DNA of 64,000 bases from assembly GCA_900088475.1 (NCBI GenBank), contig FLMG01000350.1, positions 207,216 through 271,215 of the forward strand, written 5' to 3'. The DNA is from Hyphochytrium catenoides (lineage: Eukaryota; Protista; Hyphochytriomycota). The translations under genes were made by a program, and so were the position numbers. Position 1 is the first letter of the stretch. Every line of letters starts with the position of its first letter. The notes beneath the pieces were generated by a model. That model was not told the origin of the DNA and searched no databases. It saw only the letters and a list, made by a program, of their open reading frames with translations. Below are positions 12,310 through 25,400 of this stretch, in pieces.

Positions 12310-13217
12310 CTGTCCCGGCCGTGCAGAAAGGAAGTGAAAGAGGCAACCCAGCTGCATCGCCCTGGACTGCCCATGGACACCCACATAAGGACAGATTAAT
12401 ATAAAAAGACTTAGCTTCCAATCATAATACTCCGATAGAAGTGAAGCAAGTGCCTGCACTCAGCTTGCTGAACCTAGCGATCTCACATCACAGAGGCCGC
12501 TGACGGAGTGCTTCTGCCTATTCAAGAGCACAAGGGTGCTTCGGCCCGTCTGCTCTCTGCAGCTTCAGCGGGCGCCGACTAAACGACACGACAGCAACTC
12601 TTAGCAACACAGAGAAACCTGGTTCTTGTCCTGGGGGTGGTCTGAGATTGTTATTAGAAAATCTACCCACAGGCATGAAAGTGAAACATCAGATGATGAG
12701 CAGATGCTCCCTCGCTCCCTCCTCTCATCGGGCCTGCAGATAGCCACGGCACACCCTGCCACTCTCCTCTCTCCGCCCCTGGAGACCTTGATGCACACGA
12801 GCAGAGGCGCGATCACAGGTGCTACAGATGCTCCTACTTATAAGTTACTTTTCCGGTCGCCCCTTTCGTTCTCCACATCATCCGTTGCCCGTTCTCTAGT
12901 GGTCGCTGTGTATGGGATGAAAACTCGTGCAGGGCCCTTGGCGCGCCGTAGCTCTTAGATTGGGGACAGTCCCTCAATTCTCCTAGCTTCGAAGCTCTCT
13001 CCTTGTCGCCTCTGCAACTCAGTCCCGGGACCCCTTGTCCATCTGAAGTCCCTCTCCGTTACCCCAGTCATGGTCGGTAAAGGAATGGAAGATGAGTCAT
13101 AAGCAGCTGCATTCTCTATAGTGATAGCCTCATTTATTGAATTGCAAGCCCCAATGGCGGAGCTACGAGGCCCCGCTTGGTAGACCTTCTCTGAGGCGTA
13201 CCACGCCGCTGACTACC

Positions 13218-15566
13218 ATGAAGGAGACAGACGACTCTGCAAGCAAACGTCAAGAAGCGACAATGAAGCTGCTTCCAGAGGTGGAACAGAAGTACTTTCT
13301 TCATTGGTTGTAGACAGTTGTCTGATCAACTTTATATTTGATACAGAACGATGTGGAGCTCTTTGGCTTCTACCCGCTGCAGGAACGGCTAGTCTTGATC
13401 AAATGTATTCATTGTGGAAAACCCGTCATGGTAGGCCATCTACTTCACCGCTGGAGTTGAGGTAGATTAATGACTTCCTCTTGCAGCGCGACCACTTCCG
13501 AAGACATTTGGTCCTCTGCCTCCAGCTTATGCCGGAGAAAGAGAGACCCCAGCTGCGACTCACTATTCCAGCAGATCAGCTAGTAATGACCCTCGCTACC
13601 AGCTAATAGCTCTATTCTCCAAAATCTCACTGCCGAGTACTCTTTCAGGATGTCTTGGATGAAGTGGACTCTACCGGGCAATTTCCTTCAAAGAAGCCTC
13701 GGTTGATGAAGGAGAATAACGATGCTCTCCAGTCCGCCGGGCAGTCTCAATCCCAGGTAAGGTATATCATACACGGAATAGCAATTTCAGAATATGAGAG
13801 CCTTCCGATAGAAATTGCTCAGAACTCAGATCGTCATTCGTAGGAGAACGGCGGGGAACTCGAAATCGTAGAAGAAGAGGTGATATCCCAGGGCATACTC
13901 ACCAAGAGTGAACCAGATCCTCTCAAAGAAGAAGGTTCAATCTCTGTTTTGCTTTTGTCTCCTACTTTTATTTAATCTAACCCTTGCCTGCAGAGACCGA
14001 GCAAATTGTGTGCGACATGACCTTCAACAGTCTGCTTACTATGACAGACCTTAGGAAGCGATGCGTGGATACACACCTCGACCTCACGTCGCGAAGAAGG
14101 AGGCGACGATCCTGGACGCAAGCAATTCTCTACGGGCCTCCACTCCTTCCAGCCATTACATCCAGCAGTCACTTAATAGACCGAAAAGCTAAAGGTGAGA
14201 AAGTTGGGAAGTTGTGTCGTTACGGAGGAAAGAACAGACGAAGTTTGGGTAGTTGCGGCGATGGGAATCAGGAGGAAAGAAGCAATGAAGAAAGAGATGG
14301 CTGAGAAACAGATGAAGGGGCGCTGTACATCCGGACCCAGGGATGAGACACAAACTGTCTCTCTAGGTATTTGACTGAAGAGCCTATAATCTAACCCAAC
14401 TGACCTCCGCATAGTGGCCACAAGTACAAAGAAGGCTATCGCGGTCGACAAGAGCAAATCCAAGCACACCACTAAGGCACATTCGAGTACCGCACGACCC
14501 AGCTACTCTCTCGCTCAGTACAATAAGGCAAGCGCGCAAGCCAAAGCTAAGGCCGTGGGTTCCAAGAACAATAAGCTTGCGACTAAGGCGCAGGTTAGTA
14601 GGTCTGCTCCGTGTCCAAGCTTCCTGTCGATTTTCGGCCTAGTAAAGAGACGGAGAAAGCAAAGCGAGACCGGGGCATATATACCATTGCTGAGTAGCAG
14701 CCTTCCGCCTGTCTAAACATTCTGTTGCTGCCTTTCCAATTCAGATGGCCAAATTTAGTGCTGGTGCTTACTCCGCCAATGCGAAGCCCACAGCTCGCTC
14801 CCCTGGGCTAAAGCAAGGTAATGCGTGAGAGTTATCGATGTGAATCTGGGACACGGATGTACCTTTTTGTTATTCCGTGTTAAAATGCGTTCTCTTATAG
14901 GGACAAAGTCAAGTACCAGTAGCCCGAAACAAGTGCCTCTGCAACAAATCGCGGCGCAGCAGGCAGCTGCAGTGGCAGCCAAAAAGCTCACCACCGCTAA
15001 AAAGCCTGTTGCGACGAAGGGTACGCCAGCTGCCCTTTCGCCGGGTAATGGTACGTACAGAGGGAGCTACAGCACAAGCAAGCAGCAAGCGATTTATCAG
15101 CAAGCCCAACACAAGGGCGCAAAGGCTGCTGGACGAGCAGCAAGTCCGAAACAGACAGTCAGATCTACCCCCAAAGCGGGTACGCGGGCCATCCTAACTA
15201 CTCAAACCGCCCACTTTGCTGCCCAAGCACGAGCAATGAACCAAAAGCTTCAAGCCAAAGCAGTGCCTCCACCCTCTAAGCCTGCCACTGGTCAACAAGG
15301 TTGAGCTGCTTTCCTGTGGGGGTTCCCAATCATGTTGTCGCTAAAGTTCTCGTCTAGAGGGTTGTGCTTTGGGGACCCCAAGGTTTGTGACTTCTAATCT
15401 GGCCCTTTATTCTCTTATAGGTTCCGCATCTGCCCAGCAGTCTCAGCCGGCAGGATGGAAGTCTCCAACCATCACCAATGTGCCCGAGGCTGCTAAAGCG
15501 AACTTCGCCGTTGTTAACTCCTCGGCAGTACCACGCGTAGGAGGGACAGGAGAATCGCGGTCCTAA
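13218..15566 (+). CDS. SGF73: Sgf73/ataxin-7-like SAGA deubiquitination-module subunit (N-terminal Zn finger, long low-complexity tail); multi-exon, 3' end uncertain (may extend to about 15990)
   Basis: Spliced N-terminus MKLLPE/NDVELFGFYPLQERLVLIKCIHCGKPVM/RDHFRRHLVLC matches the Sgf73/ATXN7 pattern D..xFG..P...L..C..C.K.V....F..H...C. It is followed by K/A/Q/S-rich exons. Confidence 0.6.
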
Positions 15567-16891
15567 GATTTTAGGAAGCGTCTTCCCCGTTTAATGTGGA
15601 AGACTACCATATTTATTTGTCTCTAGCTGACTGTATCTATTCTAACAAAAATGCCCTCAAACTACCTGAGTATGTACTTATATCGGCCCTAAATAAGCCT
15701 TCGGACTCTGGGGTTGTCCTTCTTCGCTTCAAGCTCTTCTGAGGACGAGTAGCTGGCCACCAAGAGCTGTCGCCCTAGCTACTCCCCAACGTTCGACGCG
15801 ACGGAAAGAAGAGACAGGCAAGGACCCTTAAGTCGTTAGCATTCGGAGATCAATTTATGTCCTCACACCTCCGAGAGGTCCTCGTCTTCCCGATCCACTG
15901 TATCCTCTTGAACACTTCTCTGGACAGTAGGGTTCATCTCTCCTCCTAGCATCTTATGTCCTCGACCCTTCTGCGAAAAGAGGTAGGTTAAGCGTGACAT
16001 GAATAAGAGTAGATGAGTTGCCTTGGCAAGTGGCCACCCACCTCTCGCTCTCGAGATTTGCTTTTCTTTGTCTTATTGGGGCGCTGATAAGATACAGTCG
16101 GAACTTGAAAGCTCTGTTGTTGCTCTGAGGAGCTATCGGGGTCGAATGTCGCCAGTACCAAGGCAGTAGATTGACTGCCACCTGCTGGGATTTGAGAGGA
16201 CAAAGCAAATAAGTGCAACGATAGCATCATTAATAAGCTTATATTCAGTGGAGACGAAGAGCGCACCTCTCCCCCTCTCTTTCTCTCTTGCTAACTGTTC
16301 CGTACGCTCCTGTCGCTGCTGCTCTTCGAAAGCCTTTCCTATTATCTCAAAGAAGACGGCCGACTCCGAACGAAACCGCAGAAATGTCTGCAGGCACGAT
16401 TAGGGGACGATATATGGACATGTTAACTAAGTGCAAAGACCTGCAGGGCAGGTGAACCTGAGCCCACTGCTATTTCCGCGATTGCTGGCACCTCAAAAAC
16501 CTAGCTTTCGACAAGCAGGCAAATGTGAGAGCGCGAAAGTCTTACGCCTGCTGAAAGGAGTCAACGGAGTGGCAGGGCTGAAGAAGCGTAACGTTGTAAG
16601 GACAATGACCACTTGCCCTAGCGCTCTTACCGATTTAAAATAGTGCTGCAGGGCGACAGTTCTCTTTCTAATGAGACTAGATGACGTGCTGTTCACGGCA
16701 TGCCGGAGTTTGTCTCGCCTGTCTCTTTGATGTTAGCCTCTTTCCATCGTCTACCTGCTGCGTGGTGCTTACCTGGAATCCGGAAAGTCTATGCCTCTCA
16801 TAGCATCTGGAAACTGAAAGCGTAGTTCTCTTCATTCATTAAAGGGATCATGTACGCAGAAGGGTCAGGGCTGAGGGTCTATGTACACTTC

Positions 16892-16936
16892 TCGAGCAAA
16901 TGGACATGATGTGTATCGAGCAAATGGACATGATGT
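16892..16936 (+). repeat. Direct tandem duplication, 21-bp identity with 24-bp period
   Basis: tcgagcaaatggacatgatgt occurs at 16892 and at 16916. Confidence 0.9.
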
Positions 16937-17452
16937 AAAGTCGATAGTGACATACTGGTCAAGGCGGCAGAACTCTCCGAACGTCCGAAAGATGGTCCAG
17001 CTGTGACAGAATTCCGGTTTCTCATCACTCATAGAACGTAGCTTCCCAGGAGCAGGATCCAACTTATGGCTCAGCCAAAGGGTGCATGCTATCTCGTACT
17101 CCTAAGAAGCAAGCCATACGCCTCCATTGAGAGCTAAAAGAGATGCGGAAAGAAATGGAGAAGAGCTGTACCGGTGTCTTAGCCAGCGAATCGAGCCGAT
17201 GGCCCACCACCGTCGCCACAAGAACTGGATGAGCGCTGCTACCATCAACAGTCTTCACAGCCAGTCCGCCTGATACGAAATTGAATACTCAGCCAACGGT
17301 GCGCAGAGCCTCTCTAACAATATGTCGCCTGGTAGCCTGATATCACCTGCTGTACTAATCTCCTTGAGGTCTTGACCCTTCAACTCTATTGCCGACTTGA
17401 TGACAGACACCCATTTTCTAAGGTACCGTTCACTGTCTACGTTTCACAAGCA

Positions 17453-17479
17453 NNNNNNNNNNNNNNNNNNNNNNNNNNN
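17453..17479. other. Assembly gap (N run)
   Basis: Run of n characters. Confidence 1.
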
Positions 17480-18606
17480 GTGCATGATGAATGGGCTGTC
17501 ATGGACGGGCTCAATCATGTAAGAATGACACTTCCTCACCTCCCGATTTTGTCCATCAATGACGCGGAAGACGTAACGCCTTCTGTCTGCGGCCGTCTCT
17601 GGACCTCCGGTGAGTAAACTGCCAATCTCAACACCAGATGCAACCTCTCCACCTTTCAGAGAGATAATTTTGCGCCGATCGTAGAGGGAGTCATCCTGCT
17701 CAGGAGCATTCTTGAGCAAGCGATCCATTTGGAGAGGAGTCTGACAGACGTACCTTATAGATTTGTAGTTCATGACTGTGAGGACGCAGGTAGACAAATT
17801 TTCGCTCCCAGTTCTTAGACTTTTCATCCTCTAGGAGGAGCCATCCGCTGAACTCCTCCATGGCTGAAACTTCTATAGACTATCACCATCGCCATTTCAG
17901 AGCTACTTGTACCACCATTTATCCCCGTTAGACAGCTGTCATAAAGTCGCTGTCCTTCCAGAACTTGGCTCCCACGCCAAGTGAGCTGCCAAGAACGTTG
18001 ACACCTGACAGCAGTTGACGGCACAGATGGCAAGCAGATGAGCTATCACCTGCAGCAAGGGAGTCTCAGTACTTCCTACGTCCTCGAGCCAGTACAAGTT
18101 CCCCCGCAGGACGGACGCTGTCCCCAGCTTTGCTATTTATTACCCGGTCTCTCGATCTCCAGCTATTCTGCTGCTGTCAAGTCGCTGTGTCTGCGGGAAT
18201 GTCATCAACAGATCAGAATCTCTCTGTCTTCTGCCCTGTTCCCCCTTTCAGATCTCTTCACCCTCAACATACATGTCTCCTGGAGGACGCCTGGGGCTGT
18301 AATGGATGATAAGAGTAGATGGAAGATCGTGAGGTTGGCTCTTCGCTCCTTGGCACACTCTATAGTTCTATGGAGTATTTGAAGTCGGATGCCACACTCA
18401 AACGACTTCCCCTGGCTGTCTACTACTGGTCGGCCTCTCTCCTTAGGGACTGCATAGCATTAAGTGGGTTATCAACGAGGCATCAGAGGCTGATCATGTG
18501 GCAACGCGGACCAGCTTAGGCCTCGGTCGGCTGTAAGGCATGCGCGACTTACGGAGGTGTGACTAGATGTGAGCTACTCTCGTGTGGTTACCAGAGCATA
18601 GCACAT

Positions 18607-19806
18607 ATGCGTCAAAGTGCTATCAACAAAATCCTCACTATCCGGATGCTATGGTCGCGCAGGCGCCTATTTCGATACTTTATCGTGGCGATAGGACTGC
18701 TATGTCTCTATTATGCCGTAGTCCTCGTCCTGACTCAAAGATGTGCTGTCACCCCCCTGCAGCGTCACCCTGTGGACTTTCAAGTTGATCTGCACCAACT
18801 TGAGAGTCTTTTGTCAGATACGCGCGAGGACAGGAAGAACGGTTACATAGTCAATGCTGCACAGGTTGCCATCATAGTACGGGTTAGCGGAAAGGATCTG
18901 CGAGGCAGCCAAGTACGGTCAATAGAGCTTAGCTGGGGTCGAGATGCAGTGGAGCTAGGATTGCCAGTGCTTTTTGTAAATGACCAGAGTTCAAGGTTGC
19001 TAGGAGTTTCTACGACCTCAGAACTCGCCAAAGATATCAGGGCCATTCCTTCCATCTGGCTGGCCTGGTCTAACGCACTGAGGAGGCTGCCCGAAGCAGA
19101 GTTTCTAGTGATGGTGAACGAAACGACTTACCTCCGACCGGACGTCCTCTTAGACTTCGTTAGGCGTGTACCCATCGGCACTAATTCCTCCTTCGGAAAC
19201 AAGATTTTTGGTTTCTTAGACGTGGGAGCAGGCCAGATTTTTACTTCCGCCTCTGTTAGGGCCATGCTGAGAAATCAGGAGCAGGGTCGCTGTTCGCAAA
19301 CGGTGTTAGATGATCTCACTGTCTCCCGCTGCGCGGAAGCTGCTGGCACCAAGCTGGTGTCTCACCCCATGATGCACCGATATCCGCCGCATGAGTTCTG
19401 GGGCTGTGCAGTACCCGCCGTTTTTCGGCTCTACCTTGGCACCAGATGGTATGAAGTTGCTGACCTTCAGGACATGTGGATGACCTTCAATTACATCGAG
19501 GGTGGCCATATGGTGCAAATCCACAACTTTTTGAGGAAGTACGGAAACAGAGGCTCTGACTGTCTGATTGGAGGCCTGTCTGCTCTGTCAATTTGCACCG
19601 TCTATGGCTATATTGAAGATGAGACCATCTTTATCAAATGGCTGGTTCTTCGGGCCGTCGCTATTCTCAGCATACTTCTTGGGGCCGTGCGACTTTGGAG
19701 GATGAGGACTTCAAAGTCCCGTGCAGTATCTTCAATCTCCTATAGCGCTATTGGCGCAGGTCTGAACGACGAAGAAGCCCCACTAGTGCCGTTGAAGGTT
19801 GAGTAA
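18607..19806 (+). CDS. GT31/Fringe-like (core-1 beta-1,3-galactosyltransferase fold) membrane protein with degenerate DxD; single exon
   Basis: N-terminal type II anchor (RRRLFRYFIVAIGLLCLYYAVVLVL). EFLVMVNETTYLRPDVLLDFV resembles WFxKxDDDTYV...L..FL, GAGQIFTSASVRAM resembles GAGYVLS, and DDLTVSRCAEAAG resembles EDV.lg.C...G. There is an extra C-terminal hydrophobic helix. Confidence 0.65.
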   Translation: MRQSAINKILTIRMLWSRRRLFRYFIVAIGLLCLYYAVVLVLTQRCAVTPLQRHPVDFQVDLHQLESLLSDTREDRKNGYIVNAAQVAIIVRVSGKDLRGSQVRSIELSWGRDAVELGLPVLFVNDQSSRLLGVSTTSELAKDIRAIPSIWLAWSNALRRLPEAEFLVMVNETTYLRPDVLLDFVRRVPIGTNSSFGNKIFGFLDVGAGQIFTSASVRAMLRNQEQGRCSQTVLDDLTVSRCAEAAGTKLVSHPMMHRYPPHEFWGCAVPAVFRLYLGTRWYEVADLQDMWMTFNYIEGGHMVQIHNFLRKYGNRGSDCLIGGLSALSICTVYGYIEDETIFIKWLVLRAVAILSILLGAVRLWRMRTSKSRAVSSISYSAIGAGLNDEEAPLVPLKVE

Positions 19807-21011
19807 GTCCACAGTTTGCACCCAGGCCTTCGCCAAGTTTCTGACCACAGCGAACGGATACCAGCCTATGCACTGCCGCTGTCAGTCTGGTTATCACCAT
19901 TTGCTTTGTCTTGTTGTCCTTTATTACGACACCATAAACAATAAAGCTGGCTGCCTTCAGTGCTCTCCGCTGATAGAGGGAGGACGGATATCATAGCTCC
20001 TATGAAAGTCCTACCACCATTGAAGAATGGTCGCCGGCTTCAAAATAGTTCAAAGAGGGTGCTTGACAAATGGAAGCCTAAGCGCGTTCTTATTATGGAA
20101 GACGTTAAATGTGTTGCTAGTGAGCACCTGTATCGGTGAATATAGCGACGGGCTATACCGCTTAATATGTAACATACGACAGATGACATAACGAAACATC
20201 TTTTGCCGTCACGCAGAGTGTAGAGATGAGCAGGTCTCTGAACACTTGACGGCTCGAGGAGAGAGGTCGCCGGGTCCCTCGACGTTAGGTCGTTTGTCCT
20301 CTGACATTCAGAGAACGATGACTGCAAGGGCACTATTTATCGCATCCAAACGGCCCATTACTACCTAAGCTACCGCTACCTTGTTTTCTCTTTGCCTTGC
20401 TTACCAGCAGCGAGGAGCGACTGTGCTACGGTACCACCTGCCACCTTCCCCTAGCCTTAGGTTGGGCCAACAGAAGATGCGAACTGGGCGATGGACGGTG
20501 CTTCTGATCTTCCAGTCCGTCGGACCAAAAAGCAGCAAAATAACGTTTCATAAAATGCCGCTAACGGCCGCTGCTACCGTGTCGTTGTAGAGCATACCCA
20601 GAACTCACTCACAAAATGAAAATACAAGTTAGGACTGCATTTCGGAACAACATGCACGCACCGAGCGCTGAAAGGACATCAAACAACGAAGAAACGTAAT
20701 CTCTGTTACCAATGCTGGCTGTGAATGCATACAGTGCTTCTCATGCTCCCACGGCCAGCAGCCCGGCGGCAGCCTGAGGATGCGAGAAGTCAACAGAGAT
20801 GCGACATCGTCGGTGTTGTCAGCCTCATTCCTCTAGGGCGCACTTATTGAGACGTGGCCAACGCTATAGACGACCGCGAAGGGCCTAATGACTGGTGGTG
20901 GATAAGGGCAAAAGCTGCTGAACGAACGAAGGGCCTCCCTCCTCCGTCTGGTAGGGTCTAGGATCGACCCACACCAGAAGCCTAATTAAGGCACTAAGGA
21001 AGTAAGAGCGC

Positions 21012-21683
21012 ATGCCAATGAGGAACAATTCGGTGCCCCGAGACGACCAGATGAATAATCTACTGCACCAGCCACAGTCTCTCGACATGACTTACATGGA
21101 GCAGCACATCTCGTGGAGCGAGATTAAAATTGTGCAGAACCTTATTGAGCGGTGCCTCCAGCAGTATATGACGCAGGTGGCTACCCTTTGCTGTGTACGA
21201 TGAAGCGACCGTCTTACTAACCAAGCTAATTTGTCGCTACCTGTACCGAACTTCCTCTCCTGTCCTTTACAGTCCGAGATAATAACTGCATTGCAGGTAC
21301 GGCTGGTCAATCATAGTACTTGCCTTCAGTTAGTGCTTCATGCCGTTGCTTACGGTGGACACACATTAATGTCTCTGACTTCTGCCCGTCCTTTTGTCTA
21401 GATGCAGGCTAACATTGAACCCGCCTTCACACTTCTGGTGTGGCAGAAGCTGGAGGAGCAGAACCCAAACTTTTTCTATGCATACCACATACGTCTGCGA
21501 CTTAAGGATCAGATTATTGCCTTCAATTATTTGGTAAGTGCTATCCAAGCACAACTAAGATCTCACATGAAAGGTCGTTCTGAGATGCATCGGAGGTGCT
21601 TACACCTGGGTCTTCTTTGTTGTTCACAGGTAGACCAACACCTGCAGCTCAACCAGGGGCTCCCAGCAGGAGGAGCCAACTGA
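21012..21683 (+). CDS. TIGR01589 / A_thal_3526 family conserved protein; 4 exons
   Basis: ISWSEIKIVQNLIERCLQQYMTQ/SEIITALQ/MQANIEPAFTLLVWQKLEEQNPNFFYAYHIRLRLKDQIIAFNYL/VDQHLQL matches the family consensus VQNLIERCLQ.YM...VWQKLEE.N.EFF.AY..RL.LK.QI..FN.L. Confidence 0.88.
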
Positions 21684-22493
21684 CATACGTACTAAAGATA
21701 AAACTTATGGAATCATACAGAAGGAATCTTCTTCTTCTATGGGATGTAAAGAGGATCGCACAGCTAACCATCGGCGGTGCGCGGCGCCCGTAGGAGCGCC
21801 TAAAAAGGACGCTCAATCATGCCTAGAGTCGCTCAGGTTAACCTTTTTCTTTGGCCTTGTGTGTCCCAAGATAAGGATCACCAGGAAAGGTTCCTTTCAC
21901 CTGTGGGGAGAGCCCTTGTCGTCCATGCCTGAGCGATATGGTCCTTCCTGTTGCGTTGTCGAGCAATGGCCATCAAGGCGAATTCAAGCTAGGAAAGTGG
22001 TGCCCAGAGGATGATGAGGTGATAAACACGAGTCTCTGGGTGGCAAACCTTATGGCACGTTTAAACCCTTGCTACGTCCCTGATGACGCCATGGCACTTT
22101 CCCGCCTAAAGTTCTAGCTATCTAGCAGTTGACTCATGCTAATTGGCTTAAAAGACAATGGCTACTGTTGGTGTCATAGAACTGGAGCTTGTGACATGCA
22201 GTCCTTGGTCTTCACCAGAGTGCCCACTCCGAAGTTGAGCGGCTGCGCGCCAGTAACGCCACACCAATGAAAGGACAACATCAAACTAACTTTCTCCCAC
22301 TTTTCCATCATACAAATAACGCTTGGCCCCTTATCGTTAGCGGCTAGGAAGGTGTGTGTGAAAGTATGAATGCGAGTTCCCGCCACGCTTAGAAGAGCAG
22401 CTATGAACAATGTTACCGTGGACCCTTTGTCGTCCTTCCAGTCGCGTCTTGTTCTTCTCTCTCTCTCTCTCGTCAAGCCATTACACGGAATCC

Positions 22494-25400
22494 ATGTCAT
22501 TTAACTCCTTCCGCAGCTCTCAGCAGAGGTTGCACGTTATAGTTGGTAATTGAAGGACAAGGAGCTGCGGACCATCTCCTCTCTTATACCGCTGTATTTG
22601 TGTCTGTCGCCTCCGCCAACGAGGTTTCTACAGCGGAGGCACCAGAAGACCCACCTTGATCATTTGGACTCTCATCTAACCTGCAGCAACAAGTGAGGAA
22701 GTTGCTGGAGCGATGGTCTGGAAGCTGGCAAATCGATGCCTTGAGAAGGAGCAGGCTGATGGACGGCTCGTACACTGACTTAGACTCCAATGGAGGAGAG
22801 CGTAGGAGAGACCAAAGATACGCACAGTTATGTTTGAGACGTTTATGGCACAGCTCACCCGTCTCAAGGGGGTTCTAGAAACACGACTTAGCTCAACAGT
22901 AACAGCTCCAGGACCCCAGCCAGGGTCGACGACAGTAGTGCCATGGTCCTGGCTCTGCGAGACGGTGAGCTCAAGCTTGGCCACTCTATTACCTAGAGAG
23001 CTGATTTTCCGGTCCCATCAGGTTATCCAGCTTCTTGAGAACTATCCTGGCGGGGTGACGGAGACCATCATCCTCACAGAGCTGGCGTCGTCATGGTTGA
23101 GCCGACAGACTCAGAATGTACAAGCAGGTAGACATCTGGCTTAACGATCTTATCGGGCTTGACAGACAAGAATAACCTTCGGCATCGACGCAGATCGTGT
23201 GAGAATCCTGCTGGAGGAAAAGCGGATACCCTTTAAGGAGATCCTAAATGGCTCTATCTGTCTGGTGGATAAGAATATCGTGAGAGTTGGCAACATCTCG
23301 CCGGATGACACGGTGAACAGCCTAATGATCAAGAATAACGACCTTCTTTTTCAACTCATCCTAACAGGAGTTCTTACCATTTCAGGTCTATATTGAACTC
23401 CATCTCCACCAGCGCTTCACTTGTTGGTTGCAATCGCTGGAGGTTTCAGCTGAAGAATTTTTGAGAAATCGCAAGATCCGTGTTACAGGTGAGACACATT
23501 TAGCCACAGATGAGTGGACGATCCCCTCTTCAGCTGATTGTATGGCTGTGCAGGCTGGCGAACGATCACAGTCCAACCCAAAGGGCAGAGTAATGGTCCT
23601 TCGATAGGGAAGAAGAAGAGATCGGTTCTTCGCGGCCTACCTACTGAATATATGGTCTTTGAGCTTGACATGGACAACCCTGCTGACTTCAAGCTGATGA
23701 GCTGCGCTCGAGAGCATACACGCTTTGGGCATAACACTGAGACATCTCCTGATATCAACTTCATTGGCAAAGTACAAATATTTGACCGCTTTGTTTGCAC
23801 TAAAGCAATTAACTCCCCATTTTAGGTAAAGGCGATAGGTGAGAACATAAAGTCTCCAATCGTTAATCATGTCAAGATGAGGGTAGTGTTGCTTCGCGAT
23901 GAAGCCAGGAGTCAAGAAGGTGCGTGTAAGATTCGCAAATGGTCCGCAACGTAGGAGATACTGATGCATAATCTTTCGCCCAGTTGCCTTAGTGCTGTGG
24001 GATGAACAAGCAGAGTGTCTAAACGAACTATTTAAAGAGGGTGATATCTTGGTTGTGTACAGAGGGTACTGGACTGCAAACTCCAAGCAAATCTACCTAG
24101 GCTGTGAAATACCTTCAAACTATATGGAGTACGGCTCAGCCACAGTCTTGCTCGTGGTACCCTCTCAAGCTATCGTCGAGACATTTGTTCGTCCGTCGCG
24201 ACAAAGTCTGTCAGTGACACCCTTCTCTCAAGCATCGCTGCATCGCTACCCCCTGGTCCCGGCGGATGAGGGAGGGGTCCTGGATTTCCAGAATTATCCT
24301 GATCGCTTGTTCATTGACGATCTTCGGCCCAGGAGCGTCAACGTCTGTCTTTGGGGGATGATAATTGACTTTGAGACCATTATCCTAGCATCTAAGGACA
24401 TCTTGGGGGGCGAAAGGTCTGTTTGTAACTCTTTGACTCTCTTGCTGCCTCTTCAGATACCATTGAAGAGGATCTGACAACTATGTGGTCCCTGCACCTG
24501 CAGGAAACCATTGTGTCCTGTTGACAACGCTGCCGCACCTCATCCCCAATCAGGAGCTGTGACCGCTATCCGAGTAGCTGATGAGAAGAGCTCGATCAGT
24601 GTGCTGATTCTTGGTGAGGCCATAAAGGGGATGGGTTGGATCAGGCGGGGAGACTTTATCTACTGCTCTGGTCTGGTCATTTTGGAGAAGCGGGACGGAG
24701 GCCGTGGACGCCCCAGAGATCGGGAAGTCTTCGCTTGCGGTGGCAACTTGGATTATGCCGGTTTCTCCTGTAGTAAGTAATTGAGGGGGAGTTGTTTCGG
24801 TCACGATGGTCTTCTCCTACGGGCATTATCATCTTATTGATCCTTGTTCTCAATCTTAGTAGTCGATGGGTCCTCCTCCTTTGTGTCTCATCCTCTCGTC
24901 TCGTCTTGATCTTTCGTAGGCCATCACCTACAGCCTCTACACCTGAGAAACGTGGGGTCGTTAGTGGGAATTCTGCACTCCCCTCTCTTCAATAGACCTA
25001 TGGCCCTTATCGACAGTCCACAGCAGAACTACAAAGGTCCGAATCTTCTATCTCATCCCCCTTTCAAAATTGCCTATCTAGCTTTTCTCCATGAAATTTT
25101 TACTTTCAAAGTAGTTCTTATGCTGGTCCTGTGTGCGTGCCATAATTCAATCACATTCTAGTGCTGACGTTCCGGTTGCGTTGCCATGCTGCAGTGGTCA
25201 GAGCAGCGATAACTAGGCTCGTGCCTCTCCCTGACTCGCGATTGTTAAACGGAGAATCAAGAGGACACAAGAAGGTTAGAAGACCTCCCAAAATCATACC
25301 AATAGAGGATAACCTAGACAATTTCGGCACCGTTGCTTGGCCTTTTGTAGAGGAAACTTACTTCTCCTGACTGTACAAGCAATGGCTGTGACCTCCTCCT

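Larger units (their letters stand above)
16870..18030 (-). mobile_element. Decayed Ty3/Gypsy (chromovirus-like) LTR-retrotransposon integrase relic
   Basis: Colinear broken motifs on the minus strand: SHGGVQRM...VMNYKSIRYVCQ (HHCC Zn finger-like), TGGP...RYVFRVIDGQNREVRKCHSYMIEP (GPY/F-like) and VATVVGHR...QW (chromodomain-like). Frameshifts are present and an N-gap lies inside. Confidence 0.4.
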
